NCBI GenBank assembly: GCA_964016885.1
Contig: CAXHJY010001162.1
Span: 1-64,000, forward strand
Length of the DNA: 64,000 nt
Source of the DNA: Eledone cirrhosa
Taxonomy: Eukaryota
Direction of reading: 5' to 3'
Shown: piece after piece, positions 49,585 through 64,000 of the stretch
How the letters are laid out: the number at the start of each line of letters is the position of its first letter
How positions within the stretch are numbered: the stretch's first letter is position 1
Notes under the pieces: model-generated
What the model was told of the DNA's origin: nothing
What the model saw: only the letters and a program-made list of their open reading frames with translations
Database searches by the model: none
Made by a program: the position numbers and the translations under genes

Positions 49585-49773
49585 TAGAGAGAGGGGGGAG
49601 AGCGAGAGAACGAGAGAGAACTTCGTTATGAAGTCTGCAACTACTTGGATTGACTGGGAGCAGACTAAGGGCAACGAGATACACAACCACCCGTAATTGC
49701 ATGAGTAAATATGTATCTATGTATGTATGATATGGGAATATATATATATATATAATTTCTTTTAATATATATA

Positions 49774-50325
49774 TAAACGGAAAAAAATGAAACGAAATTT
49801 CCTTTCTCACTCTTAGTACGGCTGTTACTTAAATATAAGTATGTATACGTACATATATATATGTATACAGACGTACAGTAGTATGTATATATATACATAC
49901 ATGCACACATATATATATATGTACGTATGGATTCACCGAACATTTATTATAATGCTCGGTGTGTTTGTAAACAAACATCCCGAATTAAGCCGTACAGTGT
50001 TTAGTAAACATCGTTGCCCTTTTGTTCAACACTGACAAAGGAACGCTGTACTAGTTTCAAGCGTATTAGCTATCGCCAGCAACGTATACCTTCCTGCCAG
50101 ATGATTGAACGTCTGAAAGTATATACTTTCCTTATACATATTAACGGCTGAGCAGCCTAATTTGCATATCAAGTGTGTTAATCGGCCGGGCCCACCGGAA
50201 ACGATAAACGGAAAAAATGAAACGAAATTTAATTTCTCACTCTTAGTACCGCTGTTACTTAAATATAAGTATGTATACGTACATACATATATGTATACAG
50301 ACGTTCAGTAGTATGTATATATATA
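49774..50325 (-). repeat. ~431-bp hammerhead-carrying unit in partial tandem (hammerhead at 50044-50084)
   Basis: TAAACGGAAAAAA..CACTCTTAGTAC restarts at 50205; minus strand CGTTG CTGGCGA TAGC TAATAC GCTT GAAA CTAG T A CAGCG. Confidence 0.8.
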
Positions 50326-50459
50326 TTTTGACTGTGTCAACATGTATTTATCTGAGTTTGATTATTTATACATAGACATACTTGAAAGTATTTTAAGGCG
50401 TATCATACGCTGTATTATACTAAGTACAATTTACCACACCGTACTATATTGTGTTACAT

Positions 50460-50640
50460 TTGGCAGTATCCGTAGAGGGTTGGACGCCATGCTTTCTAGC
50501 ATAGTTACGTCCCTTTACGGTCTGAGTTCAAATCCCGCCGAGGTTAACTTTTCCTTTCATCCTTACGGGGTCGATAAAATAAAGTACCAGTAATGTACTG
50601 GTCATTGCTGGCCTTATGCCAAACGTAGAAACAATTATAT
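50460..50640 (+). mobile_element. SINE family A
   Basis: Consensus match. Confidence 0.9.
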
Positions 50641-51226
50641 TATATTATTGTATTACTGTATTTCATTATCTTATTATAATTTTCATCTTTTAATATATTA
50701 TTTTTCCTAGCCATGACCTTAATTTATATTCACCTAAAAACTCCATATAACACAACTCAACATTTAATTTTTACATTCCTTTTAAACTTCACTATACCAT
50801 ATATATTCAACTATCAATTTGACAATCCCTTTCATCCTAATAGATTTTTTATGGCAATTCTATTATTAACACCATTCAACCATTCCTTTCAAAGGGTCAT
50901 GACCTCAACTAAAGTGAATTATTTTTCATCTTAACATCATATGGAAAAAAACAATCTGATTGGTTAGTTCTTCAACTACCTCCAAACAAGGTCAGGGAAC
51001 TAAACATAATACTAATTACTACTAATTTTGAATAAAATTATTATTGCTTTTGACAACAGCTGGTGATATGCATGTAAGTAAATATTCTCTTTATCTGATA
51101 TTTTGTAACTAACCTTACATAGATCGATATCGAAGTATAGTTACGATGTATTATTATCACCTAGAAACGATCGTAAAGCAGTGAAGTATATTTCTAATGA
51201 CTTGATTTTTTATTTCATTGTTTTAA

Positions 51227-51317
<91 letters not shown>

Positions 51318-51831
51318 ATAATGATATTAAATAAAAGGAAACTATATTTATAAAACCATATTTATTCTATTATATATATTTCAAGGGTATCGAAGACATT
51401 TTTTATATAATTAACTGTCAAAACTCTATTAATCTCAGAACAGAGTTATTTTCTTCTTGCAGACATCGCCAAAATTCCACGTTCAGAACTGTTTAATTTA
51501 CAATATTCCTATAAAACTTCAAAATGATCCTATCCTTTTTAACAATTAAACATTTTTAATATTTTTAATATTTTAATAATTCTAAATGTGAATATCTTTA
51601 ATATTTGTAATACTTTACCTTTTAGCAAAACATTTCTTTTAATATATATATATATATACATAATCGGAGAAAGCGAAACTCCGGCCAAATCCCAACTCAC
51701 TCAACAAACATTAGGAAATAACTGAGTATATTCCTAATTAAACGTTCGGGGTGCTAACTAATTGTATTGTGTGGAAAATTGGCTGTATTATTTCATATGA
51801 GATATATCAAATATATCCCTTATATATATAT

Positions 51832-51951
<120 letters not shown>

Positions 51952-52238
51952 ATATATGTATATAATCGTAAATATGAGGTCTTCTTTTCTTTTTTCCTTT
52001 TTCTTTTTTCTTTTTCTTCCTTTTCTTTCTTCCCTACTAATACAAACACATATCTAAATTCTCCATAGCGTCTAAAATAACATTATTTTCAAACATATAC
52101 CTCAACCTCATTTACATATTCATTTGCATACTCCTCTTAACAATTTTGAAAATCTGTCTTTAAGTCCACTATCCAAAGAAAACTTCAACCGTTAAGGTAT
52201 GTTCCTTGGCTATGTCAAAATTTATAAAACACACTTTG

Positions 52239-52300
52239 TATTTTATCTGATGAAAGCGTACTAAAGGTTTTGGTACCCTTGAAATATATATAATAGAATA
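52239..52300 (+). ncRNA. Type I hammerhead ribozyme motif, with an inverted copy of its 3' half at 51320-51397
   Basis: TATTTTAT CTGATGA AAGCGTACTAAA GGT TTTGGTACCCTT GAAA TATATAT A ATAGAATA. Confidence 0.75.
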
Positions 52301-52725
52301 AATATGGTTTTATAAATATAGTTTCCATTTATTTAATATCATTGAATATTTTACTCCAGAAAATTTGTCGAGTGCTCTGAATCAGATATAAACATTTATA
52401 TTTGTTGAATTACCAACAAATTGAATATCCCTTCTGCTTATATATATATAGAGGGAGAGCTAAGCTCTGTTTCCTGACCGCTGTATCACGTGACTGACTC
52501 CCCCTTCGCCTTTTCGAGATTCTATCTCGCGCATCACAGACGTGTTTTGAAACCCTTAATGAGGGTTTGATAAGTCGGCAGACCTCACAAAAACTCTACA
52601 TCTCTATGATGTAGTGTTTTTGCATAATATGCCACGAAACTACGTAGTCGGGGACTATAGAAGCAGTTTGGGTATGATATATCTTATTACTAATTATATC
52701 TAATGTTTCTTCTCTCTTCATAATG

Positions 52726-52756
<31 letters not shown>

Positions 52757-53013
52757 ACGTAAGGATCACATGCGCAGAAATGCTATAAAAAACAGTCTTT
52801 AAAACAGGGTGAGGACCATTAAAAGACGTAAAATGAAGTTGTCATCGACCGGTGTGAGGAAATGAAACTCATATTTCTCAGATATCGGTATAGTATATAT
52901 ATATATATATACATATAATTACAATCGTGACATAAACTCTGTTGCAATTATTCATCCTAAACTCGTCCTATGGACTGAGTGCCCTTACCCTTGGATATTT
53001 CTACCAAACTTTT

Positions 53014-53057
<44 letters not shown>

Positions 53058-53204
53058 TTTGAGTATATGTTGGTTGTATACCAATACCTCAGTATGCAGA
53101 TTGGAGCACTCGACGAAGTGCGCAGGTTGGTTTGGTTACTCCGGAGTAATGTAAAATAAAATAAAATAAATAAGTCAAATATTTAAAATTTAGCTTCGTT
53201 TATT

Positions 53205-53259
53205 ACTGCTATATATATTTCGGTGACAGCCATCTTTCGCTGTGACCTCTTCAGGCAGT
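53205..53259 (-). ncRNA. Type I hammerhead ribozyme motif (same family as 27502)
   Basis: Minus strand ACTGC CTGAAGA GGTCACAGC GAAAGATG GCTGTCACC GAAA TATATAT A GCAGT. Confidence 0.78.
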
Positions 53260-53317
53260 CCGAATTAGTGTGGTAGAGACGAGTACACATGTTGTTGAGG
53301 TGTTTAACTTTGTCAAT

Positions 53318-53382
<65 letters not shown>

Positions 53383-53511
53383 AGCAAAGAATCGCTGCTT
53401 TCACCCTTAACGGGATATTCTGAAACTCAACTATGGTTCTTATATATTTGATATATATTTATCCTTATCGATCCCTCTTTGGATTTTAGTCTTCACATTT
53501 ATTAGTATTAT

Positions 53512-53705
53512 TGCGGGGGTTTGGCAGTATCAGTAGAAGGTCGGACGCCATGCTTTGCAGCATAGAGTTACGCCCCTTTATGGTGTGAGTTCAAATCCCG
53601 CCGAGGTTCACTTTGCCTTTCATCCTTACGGGGTCGATAAAATAAAGTACCAGTAATGTACTGGGGTAATTGCTGGCCTTGTGCCAATAGTAGAAACAAC
53701 TATTA
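53512..53705 (+). mobile_element. SINE family A
   Basis: Consensus match. Confidence 0.9.
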
Positions 53706-54113
53706 CTATATATATATATAGCACATTCATATATATAAGTATGTACACGTACATACATATATGTATACAGACGTACAGTAGTATGTATATATATATACAT
53801 ACATGCACACATATATATATATATGTACGTATGGAATCATCATTATCATCACCACTACCATCATCATTAATTAACCACCGCTTTCTTTTTCAGATTTGCA
53901 TAGGATGGACGGGTTTCGGTGGTGCAACTTCATCGGTGGTCCTTTGTCATCGAATATACACAACAACAAAGATCATCGCAAAATACCGTGTGGGTCCAAT
54001 GTCGTTTTACAGGGAGGGGTAATAATTTTTACTTGATATACCTGAGATAATTTCTAGGCCGCCTGACAGAACAGTATGGCAAATATATATATATATGTGT
54101 GTATATATATATA

Positions 54114-54148
<35 letters not shown>

Positions 54149-54273
54149 CGAAGGAAATGTGGTAAGGAACCAGGTGGTCCATAACGTCCAGGTGGACCAT
54201 AACAGTCCAGAATTAGCCGTCGAAACGGCTTGAGCTCAGCCGTCGGGGTCCTACTCGTTCCTATATATATATA

Positions 54274-54369
<96 letters not shown>

Positions 54370-54377
54370 TATACATA

Positions 54378-54459
<82 letters not shown>

Positions 54460-54483
54460 CAAATCTTATATCCATAACATAGA

Positions 54484-54557
54484 TATTTCATCTGATGAAC
54501 GAACGAGACGTTTCTGTTAGAATCGTCTAATTTCGCGAAACCTTGGGTAATGGAATA
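54484..54557 (+). ncRNA. Type I hammerhead ribozyme motif
   Basis: TATTTCAT CTGATGA [ACGAACGAGACG..CGTCTAATTTCGC] GAAA CCTTGGG T A ATGGAATA. Confidence 0.7.
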
Positions 54558-54593
54558 ATTATATTGTGTTGCTTATTATATAATTAAATATAT

Positions 54594-54811
54594 ATATTGT
54601 CATACTTTGGGAGGGTCAGACTGCCAATAAAAACACACGCACCTGTTGTTTTTCACTTCAATTTATCATAAATTTCCGTTTGGCAATATATAAACAACCT
54701 TCCGGTTATCGAACCCACCAATCAACCGGAAATTTATAAGAAATTGAAGTGAAAACCAACAGGTGCGTGTGTTTTTATTGGCAGCATGACCCTCCCAAAG
54801 TATAACAATAT
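54594..54811. repeat. Inverted repeat with ~88-bp arms
   Basis: 54594-54682 versus 54722-54811, with a few mismatches. Confidence 0.9.
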
Positions 54812-54872
54812 CGGTTTCAAGACACGTTTTCAGATAAGAAATCTTGCAAAACAAATTAAAAAAAAAAAAAAA

Positions 54873-54960
<88 letters not shown>

Positions 54961-54962
<2 letters not shown>

Positions 54963-57344
54963 TCTTCTTCGCCGCATATTCCTTAGAGGGTCGTTGAAGA
55001 AGAGTCCTCAAACGCTCCTTCCAGCGGGTCCTGTCAGAATCAACCGTCTCCAATTGATCCGGCTGGATCCCCAAGCGAAACCAGTCAAGCTCATGATGGA
55101 TGTTATCCCACCATCTTTCTTGGAGTCTACCTCTGGGTCTCCTGCAATCTTTCCAGCAATTCTTTCCTGAGACATTCTAACCACATGCCCCTAGTATCGG
55201 AGCTGTGATCTCTCAGTTTGGAGAAGTAGCTGCTCTACCTGGAGTGACTCTCTGATGTCTCTTCTTCTGATTATTGAATGCTGAAGCTGGCGCATCACTG
55301 CACCGGCTTTTGCAATTCTTGCATTTAATTCAGCCTCCTTGCCTCCCGTCACTCGTGAACACGGCCCCGAGATACTTGAAATTTTCGACCTGCTTCAGTG
55401 GACCGCCATTCATACCTAGAATGATGCACGGCACAGGGTTCTTTGAGAGCACGAGTGTTTCAGGTTTTGCAGCTTTGATTTTCATTACAGCCATACAGGA
55501 CTTGGCACCGAACCTACCAAATGCAAGTCGAAGATCATCTACTGCCGAGTTAAATAACACCATGTCGACTGCAAATTCCAGCCGACTGATTTTACACCCA
55601 CTAGTCATGATACCACTTCCAACCCGGCTGCGCATGTCAATCCTGTTCATGTAAATAATGAACAAGAGAGGTGACAGTACGCACTCTTGGTTGAGTCCGA
55701 CTTTCATACTGAATGGTTTCGATTTAGCTCCATCTATCCGAATACAAGTGCTCGGGCATTCGTATAGTGACTTCAGGGCAGCAAGAAGCTGACCATCAAT
55801 CTCATACTCCTGCGCACTTTTCCACAGCAGGTCCGAGTAATGCGGTTAAATGCCTTTTCAAGGTCGACAAAACAAGAATATACTTCTTGGCAATACTCCC
55901 ACGACTTCTCGAATACCTGCCAAAGTGTGAATATTTGGTCGGCTGTGCTGTGTCTGGAGCGAAAACCACACTGTTCTTCAGCTAGCTTGGACACGACGGG
56001 GAGGCTTAACAAGGATACCCCTTTGTAATTGGAACAATCTCTCTTGTCTCTCTTTTTGAAAAATGGGATATCACTCCCAATTGCCATTGCTTAGATGCCT
56101 TTCCAGGACACGCGACACACACGAATCAGCCAGAAAATACCTTCTCTATTTAAGGCTTTTAACATCTCGGACCGGATTTCATCTTCCCCAGAGGCTTTGC
56201 CACATTTGAGCTCTTTAACTACTCTTGTGACCTCAGCCTCTGAAAGATTTCACCGCTCCCAGATGCACCCCGTGTACATCTAAAGATGCTGTTGTGATCG
56301 GATTTAGAAGATCAGCAAAATATTCTCTCTACCTCGCGAGGGTGCATCTCTCTGAAGAGAGAAGAATCCCAGATGCGTTCTTGATAGTAGGTGTGGAGGA
56401 GGGTTTCTTATTACTAAGTTGGTGAATGGTCTGTCAGAACACTTTATTTGCTAATCTGAAGTCGGATACCCGCTTACCCACAAAGTCCTCCCATGTCTTA
56501 ACTTTTGACGCGTTTGCTGTCTCTGCTGCGAGTTTTCGTGCCTACTTGTACAGAAGGTGCAAGAAGGGGGACTTATTTCTAAGCCAAGCTTTGTAAGCCT
56601 CCTTCTTTGTCTGGATGGCATCTTTGACCTCTTGATTGAACCAAGGAGTATTCCTGCCATCCGGTGCCACACCAAGCCTCTTTCGCCCACAGCTTTAACA
56701 GCTGAAACAGAAACTACTGGGCTGAAGAATCTCTACCCTGTTTCAACGTCCTCAGTTTGCTCAGGGCTTTTCGCTGAATTTGGATGCAATAGAATCTGCA
56801 TACCTGATCCTGACTTCTTTATCCACCAATGCTTCTCATTTTATCCTGCAGGTCGTCCTCGACTTGCCAGTTTTGTGGGCTTCTTTGGCTTTAGGTAGTC
56901 CCAAGTTTCAAATAATTAGATGGTGATCAATTGACAGCTCAGCTCCCCTCTTAACACTAACATCCATCACAGGATCAAAGAGATCAATAACAAAATCAAT
57001 TATTTATCTCTGTCCCTGATTCCCCTTATCCCATGTATTTTTATGGTTGTCTCTGTGGTGGAAGAAGGTGTTCATAATAGAGAGTGCATTGCTAGAACAA
57101 AAGTCTAGTAGGGCCTCTCCATTCGTATTTAGATCGGGTCACCATTCCTTCCAATCACTCCTTTCCATGTCAGGTCGTCAGTGCCAACATGTGCATTGAA
57201 GTCTCCCCCCCCCCCATTAAGATATATGACTCAGTCTTAACTACATCTAACGCTGCAGTCACTTCATCAAGGAAGGACTCCTTGTTTGGTGCATAAACTT
57301 GAACCATCCACAGAGACCTATCTTTCAGCCTAAGCTGCAAGAGG

Positions 57345-57347
<3 letters not shown>
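54961..57347 (-). mobile_element. RTE-clade LINE, second copy, 5'-truncated, with its apparent natural 3' end
   Basis: GDFNAHV, VKRGAELSIDHHL, EEQCGFR, CFVDLEKAFNR, QECVLSPLLFIIYM, QVENFKYLG; ends in a short GAA tail at ~54962. Confidence 0.9.
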
Positions 57348-57401
<54 letters not shown>

Positions 57402-57403
<2 letters not shown>

Positions 57404-58070
57404 CTCTATTACGTGTTCCAGCCGAGAGTCTGAGGCCCTACTGGGGCACCGCCATTGATATTACAGTCTCCATAGCCATCCCTCCCTCGTTGGCCATTGA
57501 CGCAAAAGGGAGTTCGTTTCTGTTGATTTTATTGTGCTTCGCCTCGTGCTGTGGGTTTATCCGGGACCTTGCTCAGTAGAATGTCGAGATATCTCTTGAA
57601 AACATCTATATGTACATCATGTAGATCTCTTACTAAAAAGCTACGGTCCCTTGAACCCCATGCCATTGCAATATTTGGTCCTTATCCTCGATGCGACGGA
57701 TGGGACCTTTGGCGCTACACTGGCGTACTGTTCGTGGACTGATCCTGTCTTCAATGCCGAAGTTTGGTGCTAACCCTTCCAGGATCTGTATATCACTGTA
57801 TATCTCTCCCAATTTCACTCCGGGGAGTAAAGCTTTAGCTTCTTGAGCCTCTCCCAGTAGTTCATCTCTTTCACTGAAGCAATCCTCATGGTGTAGCTTC
57901 GTTGGATTACTTCAAGTTCTGCAGTGAATTTGACACGATGGGGTAATGAGAGCTGAGAGTAATAGTCGAGTCAGATGAGGATGAAAGTCCTCCAGAGGAC
58001 CAACATGGTTTCCGGGTCTCTTGTCCTGAATGTCCTCAGAATCCAACCCGCCAGTCATCTGCACATTTTC
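57402..58070 (-). mobile_element. CR1-like LINE 3' fragment
   Basis: LAGWILRTFRTRDPETMLVLW, LDYYSQL, ELEVIQRSYT, NYWERLKKLKLYS, QILEGLAPN. Confidence 0.85.
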
Positions 58071-59987
58071 TTAATGAAGAAAACGATCTCTCACATGAAG
58101 CAGATATGACAGGTATGGCCATAGCCAGGCATAAGCATTTTGTTACTTCTGCCAGAGCTTGATTTAGTTCAAGTTACTGTATTATGTCTGCGACTTTGTG
58201 GATGCTTGACGCTTGCTTTGTAAAATCTGCAGCATAAACTGATTTCAGCTCGCATTTCAATCCATTCAAATCAAATCCAATATCTTTATATAGACATCCA
58301 AGGATGAAAATGCTTCCAACGGAGATTTTCATTCGTAAGCGTAAAAACGCTTCGGATTCAACAATTCAACAAATCTGAACTCTCCCATTGTATTAAATCT
58401 TTGCTCAACGCCAACAATAATTTTATCCAAAATGTTGTTAAACAAAGTTCTTAAAATACCTTCTGGTTCTTAATATTGACCACGCTTCTCTGGTGGTTCA
58501 GCGACATCATCCAGAACCCAGCAGTAAAATCCCCCAAACTTGTTGTTCTTCATATCAACCAATTGTTTCTGGAAGTTTTCAACCTCATGAATGCACCTCG
58601 AAATATCAAGTGAACATTTTTGAAGAATCGAAAACAGAATTTATGAGCCACTCAATGTGGTTTCAAAAACTATTAATAAAAATTTAGATTGAAAATCTTC
58701 TAGGATTGCAATGAATCCCCTTGCCTGTGATAATTCTGAAGCATTCCAATCCTCTGGAGTTTCTAATATCGTTGAAAATACCTCAGAAAACAGTGATGAA
58801 TAATTCCAATGTATCTCAATTTTAGAAATTGCCTTCCAATGATTTCATCCAATAGAGGTATTCGAGTCGTCGACTTTGAGAAAAAAGTTGAAATTCCTTT
58901 TAAAGTTTTGAAAAAAATTCGACATTCACGAATACTTGAAGCTGATTGAGAGAGTAGCAAATTAAATGAATGCGCATAACAATGAACAAACGTGACGTTC
59001 GCACCAAAAATCTCCTTTATTCTTGCTTGCACTCAGTTCAAATGTCCAGTCATTACACCCACTCCATTATAAGTTTGTGCAATGAAATTTTTACCACAAT
59101 TGAATTCATTAACAAATTTCCGAACTTCTGTCAGCGATGCAGCTCTTCTATTTTCTACTGACATCAACGTATCCCCAAAACCTTTCTCATCAACAAACCA
59201 CAAAAAGCGTGATAATTGAGATTTCATTCGAAAATCCGTAGTCTCATCAAACACAACGGCAAAAAATTATGTTTATTCGATCATTGCCTTAATTTCGCTT
59301 TCAATTGTAGCAGCCATACAATTAATGATTTCGTTTTGAATATCACTTGAAAGTCTAGAAAATATACAGTTAGCATTTTTCTTCACAAAATCTAAATGCG
59401 ATCTTAAACAATCATCGTATTCCCTACTGCTTCACATATAGCCAGAAAAATTACCCAGAAATTACATTTCAGAATTTACCTTTCGTGATTATTCTTAACA
59501 GGCAAAAATTTCAACATAATGAATTAACCTTTTCAATATATCATGAATTTTCTCAACTGATCTATTATGCAACTGAATCGAAGCTGCTTTCCAGTGATCG
59601 ATCTATGTAGCAATTTGTTGTCGGCCAAAGCTTTTCAGAGTAATAATGGAATCCAGGTTATGAGATTTTTTTGTGTCTTGTCAAAGCTGTAATCAAATTG
59701 TTCAAATCTCAATAGCTGTTAGTTGCCCATGTGTTCTTAAGTTGACAAAATAACAGACATGGAAAACAGAACAATTTATTCAGAATGGGATATCCCGTCA
59801 TCCATTCATTCTATTTGTAATATTTAGAATCAAAATAACGATATCATTCCTTGCTGCCCACCTTGGTTTTGGTTTTCAGTTCAAGCTTCGGTTTCTCTCT
59901 TCCGAGAATGATAATATTCTTCTCTTCGAAACTTCTTGTTTCGGGGGAAGTAGAGAGGAAACTGAGCTAATTGACTTTTTTGCCATG
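58071..59987 (-). pseudogene. hAT transposase pseudogene (Tip100/ZMYM1-like)
   Basis: KLFCFPCLLF, DETTD..KSQLS, AQTYNG..VMTGHLN, FVHCYAHSFNLLL, and the dimerisation motif PVISASCERSFSSLRK; many frameshifts. Confidence 0.85.
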
Positions 59988-60399
59988 ATGTGTGTGAATG
60001 AAAATGTAAAAAATGTTAAAGGGATATAATTGTTTAAATGAATCGAAGCTTTATTCTAAAAAAAAAAAGTGCGAATTTCCTTTTTTGCGTAATTTAAAAA
60101 AATAATTTGATATATTTAAAATTAAATTTTAAAGCACTGGAATGAATCAACGGAAGAAAACTTTACAATATTAATCACGAAAATTTTGACGGTTACTCAT
60201 TTACACTCACAGCGTGAACTGGTCAAGAAGAAATTCTGGGTAGTGGTCACAACTGAATCCAGGTATTAAAACAGTAAAAAAAGGAACTTTTGATGTGACA
60301 CTAAGGTCACCAAATGGCCCATATATACTCCACAGCACCGAATAATCGTATGAAATGAACCAGAATCAACAACAATTCTAAATCTGTCTGGAAAAGCAA

Positions 60400-62369
60400 G
60401 CCTTTGATTTCAGCCACACAGAGTACGACTGGTACAGCATGCAAAATAATTGCTGGTTTCTGGCCATCTCTGACTTAAACTCCGTCGCCCACTGATAATA
60501 TAGGTTAATTGATGTTTCTTTAGTATCTGTTGGGTGAGGTGAATGACAAAAAGAAAGAGCGTGATGTTAAAGAGAGCAGGACCAGTTGGGGTGAAATAAT
60601 TGTGCCGTAATGCAGATAATGTAGCGCTCATGGCAGCATTGGAGAGAGTATAAATTGAGATCATCTAGTCGACCTCAATAGTCAAAGTTGTCATGCCGTA
60701 TAACGTTTTTGTGATTGACCTGTGAGGTGTTTCAATTTTCATAATAGTTTGTTTCGTGTTTGGAGACCACAGTGGACAACAGTGTTCAAAGTGGGGCCGG
60801 GCAAGTGTAGAGAAGAGAAAGATTATGTGTAGATAACTCTCGATCGGAAAGTCAACTTTGCTAAGTCAACTTTGGTGTTTATATCATTAGTCCAGCATAG
60901 GTTGTTATCAACAATTACTCCCAGGTCTCTGGTGTTGTTGGATGCCACGAGGGTTTCACCCGAGGGAAGAGAATATGATATTTTAGAGCATCCTCTTTTC
61001 CAAAGTGGATAAGTTCAAATTTATCCTCGTTCATATTGTTTTTTTTTCGCCCATTTGATAACAACAAGTAGATCCGATTGAAGGCATGTTCAGTCTCCCA
61101 CTCCATTGATGACCTTCTAGAGCTTAGATTCATCTGTGAAGATTCTTATGTTGCTGTGCTTGATGATGTCAATAATGTCATTGATATAAATGATGAAGAG
61201 AAGTGGGCCCAACACAGTGCTTTGTGGAACGCCACTACTGACTTTGGCTAAGCTTGATTGTACTCCTTCGACCATATGTTGGGCTTTGTTTGTCAGGAAA
61301 TACTTGATCCTTTGTAGTAACTTTCCAGAGACACCAATGTGGGATAGTGTTTTCAGTAGAATGTTGTGATCAACCCTGTCAAAGGCCTTGCTGAAATAAA
61401 GGTAATTGATACCAGTGTCGGAGCCCTCTCACGAGGCTCTTAAAATGTCATCAAAGCGATGCAGAAGCTGCAGTAGGCAGTCCCTATCATTACAGAACTT
61501 ATGTTTGTTGGTGTTCAACAGATTGTTGCTTTCAAGAAAGTGAGTTATTCGTGATCTTACCACCCTCTCAAATACGTTAATAATATGAGGGGTGAGTGAG
61601 AGTGGGCGGTAATTCACTGCAAGAGACTTGTTTCTCTTTTTGAAAACTGGGACACAAAGTTTCCATCATCCAGTGAGTTCCTCCACAGATTAGCAGGAAA
61701 CTAGCAAGGAACTTATTGGAGCCTATTGCTGAGTTGAATTTAGTTTCGTTTGTTGCCTCTGAGTTCAAACATTATGTCCGATATAGTGTATTGAGGGTTA
61801 ACATCACTGATAGAGACCAGATCACCCATATCAGGATTGCTGACAACAGAGCAGCATTTTTTCTGCAGTATCTCACCCATTGTTTTAGCATTGCCTTGGA
61901 GAGTGCCATCCATTTTCATCAATGAGAGGGCACCCAATGGAGACAGTGACCTTGTGTTTTTTTCGCAAACGATAAGAACATTTTAGGGTTGAGTTTGATT
62001 TTCTCAATGGCTCATTCTTCTTCAGCTCTCCTTTGGTTATTGATGATGGTCTTTATGCATTTTGGGAGATTACATTTTTTTCGATTCGAGCAATGCAATA
62101 GCAGTTAAATGTATGTACTGTTGCTGGCAGTATTTTAATTTGTTGATCTTTTGTTTATTCTTTTTACTTTTCTGATAATAGCTTTTTCTGTTTTGGAGGA
62201 TTCAGCACTTAGTTTTGTTCATAGATGTTGATGGGAAATGTTTTCCACATATATTTGTAACAGTGTCTACAAATATCTGCCAAAATGTTTTAATGTTGGT
62301 GGAGATGTGTGTATGTGTGAAAGAGCAGTCAACATATGATAGATCGTTAGTGATTGCATCCCAATTTGG

Positions 62370-62370
<1 letters not shown>
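60400..62370 (-). mobile_element. CR1-like LINE ORF2 remnant
   Basis: NYRPLSLTPHIINVFERVV, FSKAFDRVDH, SGVPQSTVLGPLLFIIYIND, NEDKFELIHFG, RPHFEHCCPLWSP. Confidence 0.88.
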
Positions 62371-63372
<1,002 letters not shown>

Positions 63373-63656
63373 ACTTATGTATTCATACATAAATACTTCA
63401 ACGTCTCTAGCTGTCTGCAATTTCCCTGTCGCAGTTTGGATCGACCCGCGGCTATCGTAAAAAGACATTTCCTAAGATACCACTCGCATATATAAACATA
63501 CAAACACATAATGAACAGGAGTGAGAAAGAGATATAAAGAGAAAGTGTGTATGTATGTGTGTTGTACTGAGGTCGATGTAATCGACTTTCTCCTCCTTTT
63601 AAACGGCTGGTCTTGTGTTTAAATAAAAAAATCAAAAAAATCATTATTATTATTAT

Positions 63657-64000
63657 TTGGATTGGCAGAGTCGTTAGAGCGTCAGACAGTTTCGTAGCAG
63701 TATTCGTTTCCGCTCTTTACTTTCTGAGTTCAAATCCCGCCAAGGTTACCTCTGCCTTTCATCCTTACGGGGTCGATAAAATAAAGCACCAGTAATGCAC
63801 TGGGGTCGATTTAATCGACTTTCCCCTCCTCCAGAGTTGCTGGCCTTGTGCTGCCTAAAGTAGAAACAATTATTATTATTTGGATTGGCAGAGTCGTTAG
63901 AGCGTCAGTATTCGTTTCCGCCCTTTACTTTCTGAGTTCAAATCCCGTCGAGGTAATCTTTTCCTGTCATCCTTCTGGAGTAAATAAAATAAATTATCAG
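63657..64000 (+). mobile_element. Head-to-tail pair of SINE family A copies separated by (ATT)n
   Basis: TGGATTGGCAGAGTCGTTAGAGCGTCAG at ~63658 and ~63881, each preceded by ATTATTATT. Confidence 0.88.

Overview
AT-rich, repeat-saturated eukaryotic DNA, most likely from an octopus; this is inferred from a very abundant tRNA-derived SINE resembling known octopus SINEs and from extreme (TA)n/(GA)n/(CA)n density. No host protein-coding gene could be supported, and nearly all predicted ORFs are microsatellite artefacts or transposon remnants. The window is a nested collection of decayed mobile elements: a near full-length Tx1/L1-like LINE (29.7-35.7 kb) with a ~410-bp internal inverted duplication, several RTE LINEs, two R4/Dong-type fragments, two CR1-like LINEs, a Gypsy remnant, a Penelope-like RT/GIY-YIG remnant, an internally deleted Helitron with both termini, a hAT transposase pseudogene, hAT MITEs, a candidate solo LTR, more than 25 SINE copies and a 2.9-kb 11-bp satellite. 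The most interesting signal is invisible in the ORF track: at least ten type I hammerhead-ribozyme motifs (CUGANGA...GAAA...UH, mostly with palindromic stem III) from about seven unrelated short repeats, most lodged in TA microsatellites. There are also several foldbacks whose arms are the 3' half of a hammerhead, and a ~431-bp hammerhead-carrying unit in partial tandem (Penelope pseudo-LTR or retrozyme-like). All assignments and coordinates were made by eye and are approximate.
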